A stretch of 64,000 bases of DNA from a virus. Shown piece by piece: positions 24,367 through 34,018 of the stretch (positions are counted from its first letter, which is position 1; each line of letters starts with the position of its first letter). A program made the translations under genes and the position numbers. Below the pieces are notes generated by a model. It saw nothing but the letters and a program-made list of their open reading frames with translations, did no database searches and had not been told where the DNA came from. Location of the stretch: the IMG/VR virus record IMGVR_UViG_3300045988_088194; one strand, given 5' to 3'.

Positions 24367-24778
24367 GAAAGTAGTCAATGCTACAGCTGTACTTAGGGAC
24401 AATATAAAGTTCAGAAGTAAGGCTGAAGCAAAGATGTATGAACTGTTGAAGGATTCAGGGCTCTGGTTTGAATATGAACCAGACCCTATAGTCCTTCAAG
24501 AAAGTTTCTATCCTATGGGATGGTATGAAGGTACAAAGTACAGGGAAGACAAGATTAGGGCCATTACCTATACACCTGACTTTATTGTAAAGGTTCCAGA
24601 TAAAAACTGGTTCTTTATAGTGGAAGTAAAAGGTTTTATTACTGACAGATACCCTCTCAAAAGGAAGATGCTTATCAATCACATAGATAATTCAGAGAAT
24701 AATTATGTGTTTGCAGAGGTTCATACCAAAAGAGATATGGAGTTTATAATAGCAGAAATAAAGAAGTTTTCAAGATGA
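24359..24778 (+). CDS. PD-(D/E)XK endonuclease (DUF1064-like, putative structure-specific nuclease or resolvase)
   Basis: FRSKAEAKMYELL...YTPDFIV...FIVEVKG...KRKML matches the S.E..y..L...YtPDF...EvKG...K pattern. Confidence 0.6.
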   Translation: MNKKVVNATAVLRDNIKFRSKAEAKMYELLKDSGLWFEYEPDPIVLQESFYPMGWYEGTKYREDKIRAITYTPDFIVKVPDKNWFFIVEVKGFITDRYPLKRKMLINHIDNSENNYVFAEVHTKRDMEFIIAEIKKFSR

Positions 24779-25047
24779 GTACACCCGTCCAAAGAATCAA
24801 ACAGTTGCTTTCCTGTGTACCAGAGAAAGACATTCCTTATGCAAATAAGTTCATTAAGGAGAGAGATTTTGAAGCCCTTAGAGATTTAGTCAAGTCTGAT
24901 ATACAGATACTTCTTAAGAAGAAGGATGAGTCCCTTGAGGAGCAGATAGACAATCTGAGACTTCTTAAAACTGAGATAGACTCCTATCTGCTTTTGTTAG
25001 GTCTTGAAGATGATGATGAAATTGAAACAGATTTTTGGGAAGGATGA
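24775..25047 (+). CDS. hypothetical protein
   Basis: ORF. No motif recognised. Confidence 0.5.
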   Translation: MSTPVQRIKQLLSCVPEKDIPYANKFIKERDFEALRDLVKSDIQILLKKKDESLEEQIDNLRLLKTEIDSYLLLLGLEDDDEIETDFWEG

Positions 25048-25671
25048 TAATGAAATCATTGAAAGACATATCATGGAATGTAACAGAAGACCAGTATAGG
25101 GCTGATTCAGCATTGTCTTATTCTACTCTTTCAAGATTCAATAGAGAGGGGTTTGACAATCTTGTTCATCTGTTTGATAAGACAGAAAGTCCTTCACTTC
25201 TTTTTGGTAGTGTAGTTGATACTCTACTTACAGGAACCAAGGAGGAATTTGATGAGAGGTTTTTCATAGCAGATTTTCCTGAACTGCCTGATAAACAGAA
25301 GGAAGTAGTCACTGTACTGTTTAATGCTGTGGGAGGTAGAGTCTCTTGGAAGGACTTGCCAGATGGACCACTTATTACTGCTATAGAAGCAGTTAATTAT
25401 CAACCTAACTGGAGAGATGATACCAGAGTGAAGGTCATTAGGGAGGTAGGTGGGGAATATTATGACTTACTTACACTTGCTGATGGAAAGACAGTGGTAT
25501 CACAGAAATTGTATCAGGATGCTCTGGATTGTGTAGAGATATTGAGAAAGTCTGAAAGCACCAAGTGGTATTTTGAAGTAGACAATCCTTTCAACAAGAC
25601 TATTGAAAGACTGTATCAATTGAAGTTCAGAGGAAGTTATGAGGGCATAGACCTCAGATGTATGGCGGATT
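25035..25671 (+). CDS. PD-(D/E)XK (RecB/Cas4-like) exonuclease, exon 1
   Basis: The ORF ends ..GIDLRCMAD at an in-frame TAA created by the intron. The nuclease core motif continues in exon 2. Confidence 0.7.
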
Positions 25672-25711
25672 AACAAAAAATAATAATTATTTATAAATAT
25701 TTTCTTAACTT

Positions 25712-25743
25712 TATTGTATTTTTAATCAATTATTATTACCTTT
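25712..25743 (+). promoter_or_regulatory. Bacteroidota-type promoter inside the intron, upstream of the homing endonuclease gene
   Basis: ATTG at 25712-25715, a 20-nt spacer, then TACCTTTG at 25736-25743, 22 nt before ATG 25765. Confidence 0.45.
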
Positions 25744-25764
25744 GCCCATATAACTATATGTAAT

Positions 25765-26550
25765 ATGAGTAAAAAATTAGGAATAAAAATTGATGAAATT
25801 GTTACTTTATATAATCAAGGTAACACTCCAGCACAAATAGCAGAGAGATACGGATGTTGTACTTCTAATATAACAAGAAGGCTTAAAAAAGTAGGAATAG
25901 AGTTTAAAAGAGACTACTTAAAAACTCGTCACAATAGAAATGGTAGACACAAAATAGATACAGATTTCTTTAAATGTATAAATACAGAAGAGAAAGCTTA
26001 TTTTTTAGGTATTATGTATTCTGATGGAAGTGTATCTGATAATCAATTCTATTTAAAACTTAAAGATGAGGATGTTGTAGTTAAATTTAAAAAGGCTTTA
26101 AAGTGTGATTATCCAATAATACATAATGAAAGTCCTTATTATAACTATATTTTACAAGTAAGTAGTAAAGAAATGTGTAGAGATTTAATAAATTTAGGTT
26201 GCTATAAAAATAAAACTAGAATTATTAAATTTCCAGATATTGACCCTTCTTTATTTAAGCATTTTATTAGAGGATTCTTTGATGGTGATGGTTGTGTAAG
26301 AGTTGGTAAAACTAAAGGAACTTGTATGTTTGATATAACATCTGCTTCTTACACTTTTATAATGCAGTTAAAAACCATTTTAACACCTATAGCTTATCAT
26401 ATAGGTATATCTAAAGAATCTAAATATGATGTATGGCATCTTAGGTGTGGAGGAAAGCAAGTACAACAAATTTTAGATTGGTTATATGAAGGTAGCACAG
26501 TCTATATGCAAAGAAAATATTTTAAATATCAATTATTAAGTTCGCTTTAA
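25765..26550 (+). CDS. LAGLIDADG homing endonuclease (double-motif) with N-terminal HTH
   Basis: Two LAGLIDADG motifs, YFLGIMYSDGSV and FIRGFFDGDGCV. N-terminal HTH-like TPAQIAERYGCCTSNITRRL. Confidence 0.85.
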   Translation: MSKKLGIKIDEIVTLYNQGNTPAQIAERYGCCTSNITRRLKKVGIEFKRDYLKTRHNRNGRHKIDTDFFKCINTEEKAYFLGIMYSDGSVSDNQFYLKLKDEDVVVKFKKALKCDYPIIHNESPYYNYILQVSSKEMCRDLINLGCYKNKTRIIKFPDIDPSLFKHFIRGFFDGDGCVRVGKTKGTCMFDITSASYTFIMQLKTILTPIAYHIGISKESKYDVWHLRCGGKQVQQILDWLYEGSTVYMQRKYFKYQLLSSL

Positions 26551-26760
26551 ATTGGGTTAAAAAGGGGAAGCCTTAGTTGGTAATCCTTTGCCAAGCTATA
26601 ATTTAAATGATTATAGAAGGCCAAACGACTAATAGGTGAAACTACTGTATAGTAGAATATAATCCTAACACGAAATCCCAATACTAGAAATAGTAAAGAT
26701 ATAGTCTGAACTACAGATATAAAATGAAACTGTAGAATAAGAGGATAAACAGCCTCTTAG

Positions 26761-27182
26761 ATAACAAAATGTTAATTATAGTAGACCATGAGAAGAAGAT
26801 AGTATATCCTTGTGACCTTAAGACTTCTTTCAAACCTGAATGGAGATTCTACAAGTCCTTCATGGAATGGGGATATTGGATTCAAGCCCAACTGTACTGG
26901 TATCTTATCAGGCAGACTATGGATAAAGATGAATACTTCAAGGACTTCAAACTGGCAGATTACAGGTTTATTGTCATAAGTAACAGGACAAGAAAACCTC
27001 TTGTGTGGGAATTTCCACAGACTCAGGCTATTACTGACCTTAAACTTGGGGAACATAAACTCAGGAACTGGAGAGGTATAGCAAAAGAACTTTATACTTA
27101 CCTTATCAAGGACTATGAAGTTCCAGTGGATATTAACATGAATTTAATCAACAATATAAGCAAGTGGTTGGAGAATGAATGA
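26761..27182 (+). CDS. PD-(D/E)XK (RecB/Cas4-like) exonuclease, exon 2
   Basis: IIVDHEKKIVYPCDLKTS...WIQAQLYWY matches D-x(n)-(D/E)xK plus the QxxxY motif. It is in frame with exon 1 when T25671 is joined to A26761 (..MAD-Y-NKMLIIVD..). Confidence 0.7.
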
Positions 27183-29340
27183 GCATAAAGTAGTTAAGAG
27201 AGATGGCACCCTTGCAGAGTTTGATGAAGAAAAGATTATCAATGCAGTTGCTGCTGCATTTGAATCAGTGGGACAGACTCTGCCACCAAGACTTATGAGG
27301 TCTTTTATCAAGGCAATTGGAGTCAATCTCCCTAATCCTGTAGGAGTAGAGGAGATACAGAATAGGGTTGAAAGATACCTTATGGACAACAAATATTTTC
27401 AGGCAGCAAAATCTTTCATTCTATATAGAGAGAAGCATAAGGAGGATAGGATACTTAAGGATAGACTGTCCTATATGATGCAATATGTTAATTCAAAAGA
27501 GAATGCTGCAACTTCTTCTGAAGAGGATTCAAATGCCAATGTTTCAGTAAAGAATGTTGCCAATCTCAATGGAGAGACATATAAGAACACCAATAGAAGG
27601 CTTCAGAGAATGTGGATGAGAAACAAACTTAAGGAAATGTTTCCTGAAGTTGCTTCTCAATATGAGAAAGACTTGGAAAGTCACATCATATATACGCATG
27701 ATGAAAGTTCTTTCCCTGTTCCTACCAACTATTGTGAGGCAGTATCACTCTACCCTCTTCTTATGGATGGAACATCTTCTATGGATGGATTGAGAACTAC
27801 TCCTCCTCATAACCTGAACTCTTTCTGTGGACAGTTAATTAACCTTACATTCCTGCTTGCAGCACAATGCAAAGGAGCAGTTGCCTTTGGAGAGTTCTTC
27901 AACTTCTTTGACTATTTCTGTGTTAAAGAATGGGGACCAAAGTGGCACATGAAGTTGGGACTGAGTGCTACTACAGAAGTCTGTGAGAAGCAGAGGACTG
28001 TCAGAGACATTATCATTCAGGCATTTCAGCAGATTGTATATTCATGGAATCAGCCTGCTGGAAACAGAAGTTACCAAAGTCCTTTTATCAACATATCATA
28101 TTTTGATTCAAACTACTGGAAGGCTCTCTTTGAAGATTTTGTCTTCCCAGATGGTTCAAAGCCTGAGTGGGAAAGAGTGGATGTACTTCAAAGAATGTTT
28201 CTTGACTGGTTTAACTCTGAAAGGAAGAAAACTCTTCTTACATTCCCTGTTGAGACAATGTCTCTTCTTACAGATGGAGAGGATGTGATTGATAAAGATT
28301 ATAAGAAACTCACCTGTGAGATGTGGGCTAAAGGACATTCATTCTTCCTCTATAACTCAGATAGTCCTGATAACCTTGCTTCATGTTGCAGATTGAGGAA
28401 TGAACTTGGTAAGAATGAGTTCAGTTTCACCAATGGTCTTACTGGGATAAGAACTGGAAGCTGTAATGTCATTACCCTTAATCTCAGTAGGATAATCCAG
28501 AATTTTGTAAGAGAGAAATATGGAGTCCCAAGAGTCCATCTTTCTTCAGAGGTATATCCTGAAATGAAAGAATATCTTGGTGAGATACTTGACAGGGTGT
28601 ATAAGTATCATACTGCCTACAAGACTATGCTCTATGAACTCGAGGAGGCAGGTATGCTTACTGCAAGTAAAGCAGGGTACATATATATGCAGGATTTATT
28701 CTCTACAATAGGTATCAATGGTCTCAATGATGCAGCAGAGTTCATAGGTCTGGAGTGTAATGACAACCCTGATTATGAGTTGTTTGTTCAGACTATCACT
28801 GGATTTATTTCTGAGCAGAACAGAGCTCATAGTTCTAAGAAGTTCAGATTCAATCAGGAGTTTGTACCTGCTGAACAGTTAAGTTCAAGAAACTATAACT
28901 GGGATAAGGAAAATGGGTATTGGGTTAATCCAAACAGAAATCTCTATAACTCATATATCTATCTTGCAGATGATGAGAAAACCTCTATTCTTGACAGGAT
29001 AAGACTTCATGGAAAGAGGTACACTGGACTTATGGATGGAGGTGTAGGCTGTCACAACAATCTTAGTGAACACTTATCTGAAGAACAGTATGCCAAAGTT
29101 CTTGAATATGCTATCAAGGAAGGATGTTCATACTATACATTCAATGTTCCAAACACTGAGTGCCTAAGTTGTGGACATATAGAGAAGATACCTGTGGAGA
29201 AGTGCCCTGTCTGTGGAAGTACTAACCTTACACATTGGGTCAGAGTGATTGGATATTTGAGACCGGTCAGGTTCTTTGACAAGTATAGAAGAGAGGAAGA
29301 AAAGACAAGAGTATATCATTCTAAAGAGAATCTATCATGA
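27175..29340 (+). CDS. nrdD: anaerobic ribonucleoside-triphosphate reductase (class III)
   Basis: N-terminal ATP-cone (VVKRDGTLAEFDEEKIINAV), C-terminal Zn site CLSCGH...CPVCGS and glycyl-radical motif RVIGYLRPV. Confidence 0.9.
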   Translation: MNEHKVVKRDGTLAEFDEEKIINAVAAAFESVGQTLPPRLMRSFIKAIGVNLPNPVGVEEIQNRVERYLMDNKYFQAAKSFILYREKHKEDRILKDRLSYMMQYVNSKENAATSSEEDSNANVSVKNVANLNGETYKNTNRRLQRMWMRNKLKEMFPEVASQYEKDLESHIIYTHDESSFPVPTNYCEAVSLYPLLMDGTSSMDGLRTTPPHNLNSFCGQLINLTFLLAAQCKGAVAFGEFFNFFDYFCVKEWGPKWHMKLGLSATTEVCEKQRTVRDIIIQAFQQIVYSWNQPAGNRSYQSPFINISYFDSNYWKALFEDFVFPDGSKPEWERVDVLQRMFLDWFNSERKKTLLTFPVETMSLLTDGEDVIDKDYKKLTCEMWAKGHSFFLYNSDSPDNLASCCRLRNELGKNEFSFTNGLTGIRTGSCNVITLNLSRIIQNFVREKYGVPRVHLSSEVYPEMKEYLGEILDRVYKYHTAYKTMLYELEEAGMLTASKAGYIYMQDLFSTIGINGLNDAAEFIGLECNDNPDYELFVQTITGFISEQNRAHSSKKFRFNQEFVPAEQLSSRNYNWDKENGYWVNPNRNLYNSYIYLADDEKTSILDRIRLHGKRYTGLMDGGVGCHNNLSEHLSEEQYAKVLEYAIKEGCSYYTFNVPNTECLSCGHIEKIPVEKCPVCGSTNLTHWVRVIGYLRPVRFFDKYRREEEKTRVYHSKENLS

Positions 29341-29825
29341 GATATGCAGATGCTAAAGTAGTATTCTCTGAAGTCCCTGATGAAATCACTCTTGCAGTGA
29401 GTATCTCAGGATGTCCTGGTACATGTGAAGGATGTCACTCCCCTTGGCTTAGAGAAGATAAGGGGGAAGAGCTTGATAAGACATCACTACATAAACTTAT
29501 AGAGGATAACCCTGGAATATCATGTATCTGTCTTATGGGAGGAGACCAGAATACAGCTTATCTTATGACTATGTTCCATTGGCTGAAGACCAAACATCCT
29601 GAACTCAAGACAGCATGGTATAGTGGATTGGATAAACCTGATGATACCAGCATACTCAAGTATCTTGATTATCTGAAGGTTGGACCCTATAGAAAGAATT
29701 TAGGTCCTTTGAATAGCCCTACCACTAATCAGAGATTCTATAAGATAATACATACTTCTGTACCTTCTACACTGTTAGTAGACCAAACACATCTATTTTG
29801 GAAAAAAGATTCCTCAGAAAAGTAA
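29337..29825 (+). CDS. nrdG: anaerobic RNR activating protein (radical SAM)
   Basis: CPGTCEGC (CxxxCxxC) cluster motif. Overlaps the nrdD stop. Confidence 0.85.
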   Translation: MRYADAKVVFSEVPDEITLAVSISGCPGTCEGCHSPWLREDKGEELDKTSLHKLIEDNPGISCICLMGGDQNTAYLMTMFHWLKTKHPELKTAWYSGLDKPDDTSILKYLDYLKVGPYRKNLGPLNSPTTNQRFYKIIHTSVPSTLLVDQTHLFWKKDSSEK

Positions 29826-30013
29826 TTGGGGAGAAGACATTCCCAAGATGCCATTATACAAGAAAGAAGCACAGATGGAAGCCTAAAGTTCCTTATGTCT
29901 CTATGCAAGCAGCTGAACTCTTTATTGAAGAGAGAAAGTTAGAGAATTATGAGGCTTACAAATGTCCTATATGTGGTAAATGGCATATTGGATTTCATAA
30001 AAGAGAAGAGTAG
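29798..30013 (+). CDS. small basic zinc-finger-like protein
   Basis: ..C-H...CPICGKWH pattern. Overlaps the nrdG 3' end by 28 nt. Confidence 0.4.
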   Translation: MEKRFLRKVIGEKTFPRCHYTRKKHRWKPKVPYVSMQAAELFIEERKLENYEAYKCPICGKWHIGFHKREE

Positions 30014-30017
30014 AACA

Positions 30018-30043
30018 AGCCCTCAGAAATGAGGGCTTTTATT
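30018..30043 (+). terminator. rho-independent terminator
   Basis: AGCCCTCA-GAAA-TGAGGGCT followed by TTTTATT. Confidence 0.75.
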
Positions 30044-30053
30044 ATGTAGTGTT

Positions 30054-30272
30054 ATGAAAATAGAAACAAGATTTAATATTGATGATGGAGTCTGGGTTAT
30101 CTCTAATAATCAGGTGAAAAAAGGTTACATTAATGAGATTACCTTCAAATGTAAATCTGTAATTGGAGAAAATGAGATACTCTATAATGTGGCTGTTGGT
30201 TCTTCCCTAAGTTGTACAAGAACAGAAGGTCAGGTGTTTGCATCTAAAGAAGAACTTCTTAAATCATTATGA
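30054..30272 (+). CDS. hypothetical protein
   Basis: ORF. No motif recognised. Confidence 0.5.
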   Translation: MKIETRFNIDDGVWVISNNQVKKGYINEITFKCKSVIGENEILYNVAVGSSLSCTRTEGQVFASKEELLKSL

Positions 30273-30739
30273 AACTGAAGATAAAAGTAAAAACATTTGC
30301 AGGTCAGGTACTTCCTAAAATCATAGACAAGGGAGACTGGATAGATTTGAGAGCAACAGCAGACTACAATCTTAATCCAGGAGAATATAGACTTCTCAAT
30401 TTGGGTGTAGCAATGGAACTTCCTAAAGGTTTTGAAGCCATAGTGGTTCCAAGAAGTTCTACATTCAGGAATTATGGCATCCTATGTGCCAACTCCTTTG
30501 GTGTGATAGACTATAGTTACAATGGAGATATGGATGAGTGGAAATTCCCAGCATTTTCTCCTAAGGGAAGTATGATACTGGCTGGAGACAGAATATGCCA
30601 GTTTAGAATACAGTTGTCACAGAAGGCAACAGTTTGGCAGAAGATTAAATGGTTCCTGAGCAATGGAATAAAGATTGAAAAAGTAGAAAGATTGAATACC
30701 ATTAACAGAGGTGGGGTTGGAAGCACAGGAAAGAGATAA
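30269..30739 (+). CDS. dut: dUTP diphosphatase (trimeric dUTPase)
   Basis: Motifs PRSS, GVIDYSYNG, DRICQFRI and C-terminal RGGVGSTG. Confidence 0.85.
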   Translation: MKLKIKVKTFAGQVLPKIIDKGDWIDLRATADYNLNPGEYRLLNLGVAMELPKGFEAIVVPRSSTFRNYGILCANSFGVIDYSYNGDMDEWKFPAFSPKGSMILAGDRICQFRIQLSQKATVWQKIKWFLSNGIKIEKVERLNTINRGGVGSTGKR

Positions 30740-30774
30740 CCTGTGCTATTGTTGGACAGAAAATAAAAAAGAAA

Positions 30775-31269
30775 ATGGTATTGACTTTAATAATTTGTTT
30801 CTTAGTTGCAGTAATAATAGCATTCAGTAGGGATGCACTTAACCTATGGCTATCTAAAAAGGTAGGGTTTTCTCTTAAGGAGACTATGACTGATATAGGT
30901 GTTCCCATAGTTACCCTGAAGAACGGGGAAAAAGAATTTAACTTCATTCTTGATACTGGAAGTGATATATCTCATATAGACTCTAATATTAAGGACTCTC
31001 TATCTAATATAGAGGAGGTTGAAGGTGATAATCTTACTGTTACTACTGCAAATGGTTCAGTTGAAGGTAACAACAACTGGATTAGAGTTCCTCTGAACTA
31101 TAAGAAACAGAGCTTTATTGAGGATTTCATGCCTTTGGACTTGCATGATTCCTTTGAGGTCCTAAGAGAAGATACAGGAATACAGTTGCATGGTATTCTT
31201 GGTGGTACCTTCCTTAGAAAGTACAGATATGTACTTGACTATGTTGATTTAGTTGCATATACAAAATGA
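30775..31269 (+). CDS. membrane-anchored retropepsin-like aspartic protease
   Basis: N-terminal TM helix. LDTGSD active-site motif and a GILGGTFL flap-like motif. Confidence 0.6.
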   Translation: MVLTLIICFLVAVIIAFSRDALNLWLSKKVGFSLKETMTDIGVPIVTLKNGEKEFNFILDTGSDISHIDSNIKDSLSNIEEVEGDNLTVTTANGSVEGNNNWIRVPLNYKKQSFIEDFMPLDLHDSFEVLREDTGIQLHGILGGTFLRKYRYVLDYVDLVAYTK

Positions 31270-33590
31270 ATAATATCTATCTTGTATCACAGCAGATATT
31301 GCCTCCCTCAGATACTTACAAAAGGATAAGTGTTGAGGAGTCTCTACAGTTGCTTGAAACTATCTCTGTTGTGGGTCTTGATACTGAGACTATGGGCTTT
31401 GACCCATATACAAAACAACTCCTTATGCTTCAGTTGGGCTGTTATGACTTTCAAGTAGTCATAGACTGTACCACAGTAAGTCTTGAACTCTACAGAAGTT
31501 ATCTTGAATCTGATAGGCTGTTCATTGGATGGAATATAAAGTTTGACTTGAAGTTCCTGTTCCATCAGAGAATAGTACTTAAGAATGTCTATGATGGGTT
31601 CCTTGCAGAGAAACTCATGTGGTTGGGTTATCCTGCTGGTACTCATTCTATGAGTCTTAAGGCAGCAGGGGAGAGATATTGTGGGGTTGAACTTGACAAG
31701 ACAGTCAGAGGCCAGATTATGTGGGCAGGACTTTCAGATGCAGTCATTGACTATGCTGCAAATGATGTAAAGTGGCTGTCTATGATTATGGAGAAGCAGG
31801 CTATAGAACTTGAGAAACAAGGTCTGGCAAATGCTCTTGTTTATGAGAATAAGTCTGTTATCTGGCTTGCCTATACTGAGTATTGTGGAGTGCTTCTTAG
31901 TAGAGAAAGATGGAGGAGAAAGATGGACTTGGACAGAATGAATGTCCAAGTGTTTGAAGATGCTCTCAATAAGTGGGTAATAAGTTCTTATAAAGGAGAA
32001 GAGTACTCCTATCATTATCTTCAGACAGAAGGTATTCCAGAAGATGACCTTAATAAGATGAGGTCTAAAATGGAAGGGGAGAGAGCACCAGAGGCTGATA
32101 TAAAAGGAGAAAAGAGAGGCTATTATGAAGCATATAAAGTTCCTATAGGAGTTAAGGTTCCTGAAGATTTTGTCATTGATGACCCTCAAGGAGACCTATT
32201 CTCTGGTTGGGACAATGCTGTTCAGTGTAATATAAACTGGAACAGTCCTATGCAGGTGATAAGACTTTTCAAGTTCCTTGGATTCAATCTGTTGGTTCAA
32301 GACCCTGAGACTGGTGAAATGAAGGATAGTATTGAGTCAAAAGTGATAGAGCCTCAGAAAGAGAGGTCTACTTTGGCTTATCTATATCTTCAGTATAAGG
32401 CTGCCACAAAGGTTACTTCTACCTATGGAGAGAATGTACTCAGGCAGATTAATGAGACCAGTGGAAGGCTTCATACCAACTTCAATCAGTTAGGAACTGA
32501 TACAGGAAGATTGAGTTCTGGAGGAAAGGATAAGAAGGCAGGACTTGAGTACCTGAACTTTCAGAACTTTCCTGCTGACCCTGAGACCAGAGCCTGTTTT
32601 ATATCTGGTCCTGGAATGAAGTGGATTAGCTGTGACTACAGTGGACAGGAGTCAAGGATTATAGCAGACATAACCAATGATGCTGCTATGCTTGACCTGT
32701 TCAACAATGGTTGTGGAGACATTCATTCTCTGGTAGCAAAGATGGCATATCCAGAAATTATTGGAGATTGCCCTATTGAGGAAATCAAACACAAGTTCAA
32801 GCATTGGAGAAGTGAGGCAAAGGGTGTTGAGTTTGCCATAAATTATGGTGGAGATGCCAACACTATCAAGTCAAATAAAGGTCTGCCTATACAAGAGGCT
32901 CAGAAGATATATGACAGTTATATGAAAGGTTTCAAGGGTATGAAGGCATATCAGGACAGACAGAGAAAGTTTGTCATGGAAAATGGCTTTATCATCCTTA
33001 ACCCAATAAGCCAACATAAGGCATATATCTATGACTATGACCTTCTGATGAAACTTAAGTCCAAGTTTACATCAGACTTTTGGTCTGATTATAGACTGTG
33101 TAAGGGTAAAGAGACCAAGAATCTGCCAAAAGTAGTGAAGCAGGAGCTCTATAAGAGGTTTGCTGAATGTACTGATATAAGGCAGGTTACAGGGCAATAT
33201 CCTTATACAAAGAAGGTAGGACAGAAGGAAGAACATTGTACAGCAGTAGTTACTCTGGAAGATGCCTATGTACATCCTGTCAAGCATTTCTTCAAAAGAA
33301 AGGCTGCTTCTGAAAAGCAGGCAATCAACTATCCTTGTCAGGGTACAGGAGCTGTCATGTTCAAGACAGCCTCATGTTTCTTGTGGGATTATCTTGTTAA
33401 ACATGACTTAGTATTCAAAGTCAAACTCTGTATTCCAGCACATGATGAATGGAATATAGAGGTTCCAGAGGAACTTGCTGATGAAATGACCAAAGTATTG
33501 CAGGACTGTATGGCTAAAGCAGGAGGATATTTCTGTAGAAAGCTTGAACTTCCAGCAGATGCGGAGGTAAACACATATTGGATACATTAA
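31266..33590 (+). CDS. family A DNA polymerase with 3'-5' exonuclease domain
   Basis: ExoI VGLDTET, motif A ISCDYSGQESRI, motif B RSEAKGVEFAINYGG and motif C IPAHDEW. Confidence 0.9.
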   Translation: MNNIYLVSQQILPPSDTYKRISVEESLQLLETISVVGLDTETMGFDPYTKQLLMLQLGCYDFQVVIDCTTVSLELYRSYLESDRLFIGWNIKFDLKFLFHQRIVLKNVYDGFLAEKLMWLGYPAGTHSMSLKAAGERYCGVELDKTVRGQIMWAGLSDAVIDYAANDVKWLSMIMEKQAIELEKQGLANALVYENKSVIWLAYTEYCGVLLSRERWRRKMDLDRMNVQVFEDALNKWVISSYKGEEYSYHYLQTEGIPEDDLNKMRSKMEGERAPEADIKGEKRGYYEAYKVPIGVKVPEDFVIDDPQGDLFSGWDNAVQCNINWNSPMQVIRLFKFLGFNLLVQDPETGEMKDSIESKVIEPQKERSTLAYLYLQYKAATKVTSTYGENVLRQINETSGRLHTNFNQLGTDTGRLSSGGKDKKAGLEYLNFQNFPADPETRACFISGPGMKWISCDYSGQESRIIADITNDAAMLDLFNNGCGDIHSLVAKMAYPEIIGDCPIEEIKHKFKHWRSEAKGVEFAINYGGDANTIKSNKGLPIQEAQKIYDSYMKGFKGMKAYQDRQRKFVMENGFIILNPISQHKAYIYDYDLLMKLKSKFTSDFWSDYRLCKGKETKNLPKVVKQELYKRFAECTDIRQVTGQYPYTKKVGQKEEHCTAVVTLEDAYVHPVKHFFKRKAASEKQAINYPCQGTGAVMFKTASCFLWDYLVKHDLVFKVKLCIPAHDEWNIEVPEELADEMTKVLQDCMAKAGGYFCRKLELPADAEVNTYWIH

Positions 33591-33603
33591 AATGTTTGGG
33601 AAA

Positions 33604-33701
33604 AAGGGGCTGTAGTACCTTAAGCCTTACCTGAGCCCCTGAACCTTTCAGGTGACAGACCATTGGGTAATTCCATAGGAGTGCAGTAGTAAGGCTTTTT
33701 A
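33604..33701 (+). terminator. structured intergenic region ending in a terminator-like stem plus T-run
   Basis: The helices AGGGGCT (33605-33611) / AGCCCCT (33634-33640) and AAGCCTTAC (33622-33630) / GTAAGGCTT (33689-33697) interleave. TTTTAT follows. Confidence 0.4.
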
Positions 33702-33714
33702 TAAAGAAAAAAAA

Positions 33715-34017
33715 ATGAATGAAACGAGCAATGCTATAATTGATAATATACTCAGCCAGTATACAAAGCCAATAGAAGAAGTTCTCCATGGTTGGATTAT
33801 TCTTATAGATGGTCAGGTATGGAAATCTCCTGCAAGAGGTTTTATATTTAACTCAAGGAAACAGGCAGTTGCTGCTTTTTATAATGGGATGAGGTGGAGA
33901 GTAACAAGCTCTATGGGAAGAGCTGAAGGCAATGACCACTATTGGAGTGACACTTCAATGTATTGGGCAAGGTTTAAGGAAGCCTTGAAAGATAGAATGG
34001 AAATAAGACAGATTTAA
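33715..34017 (+). CDS. hypothetical protein
   Basis: ORF with an A-rich leader. No motif recognised. Confidence 0.55.
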   Translation: MNETSNAIIDNILSQYTKPIEEVLHGWIILIDGQVWKSPARGFIFNSRKQAVAAFYNGMRWRVTSSMGRAEGNDHYWSDTSMYWARFKEALKDRMEIRQI

Positions 34018-34018
34018 C

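Larger units (their letters stand above)
25672..26760 (+). mobile_element. group I intron carrying a LAGLIDADG homing endonuclease gene
   Basis: - R-like element AAACGACTAATAGG at 26623-26636.
- S-like element AAGATATAGTC at 26696-26706.
- These form P7 (GACTA/TAGTC).
- P9-type hairpins CTACAG/CTGTAG and AAGAGG/CCTCTT.
- The 5' exon ends in T, and the intron ends in G (26760).
- The intron is AT-rich relative to its flanks. Confidence 0.8.
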
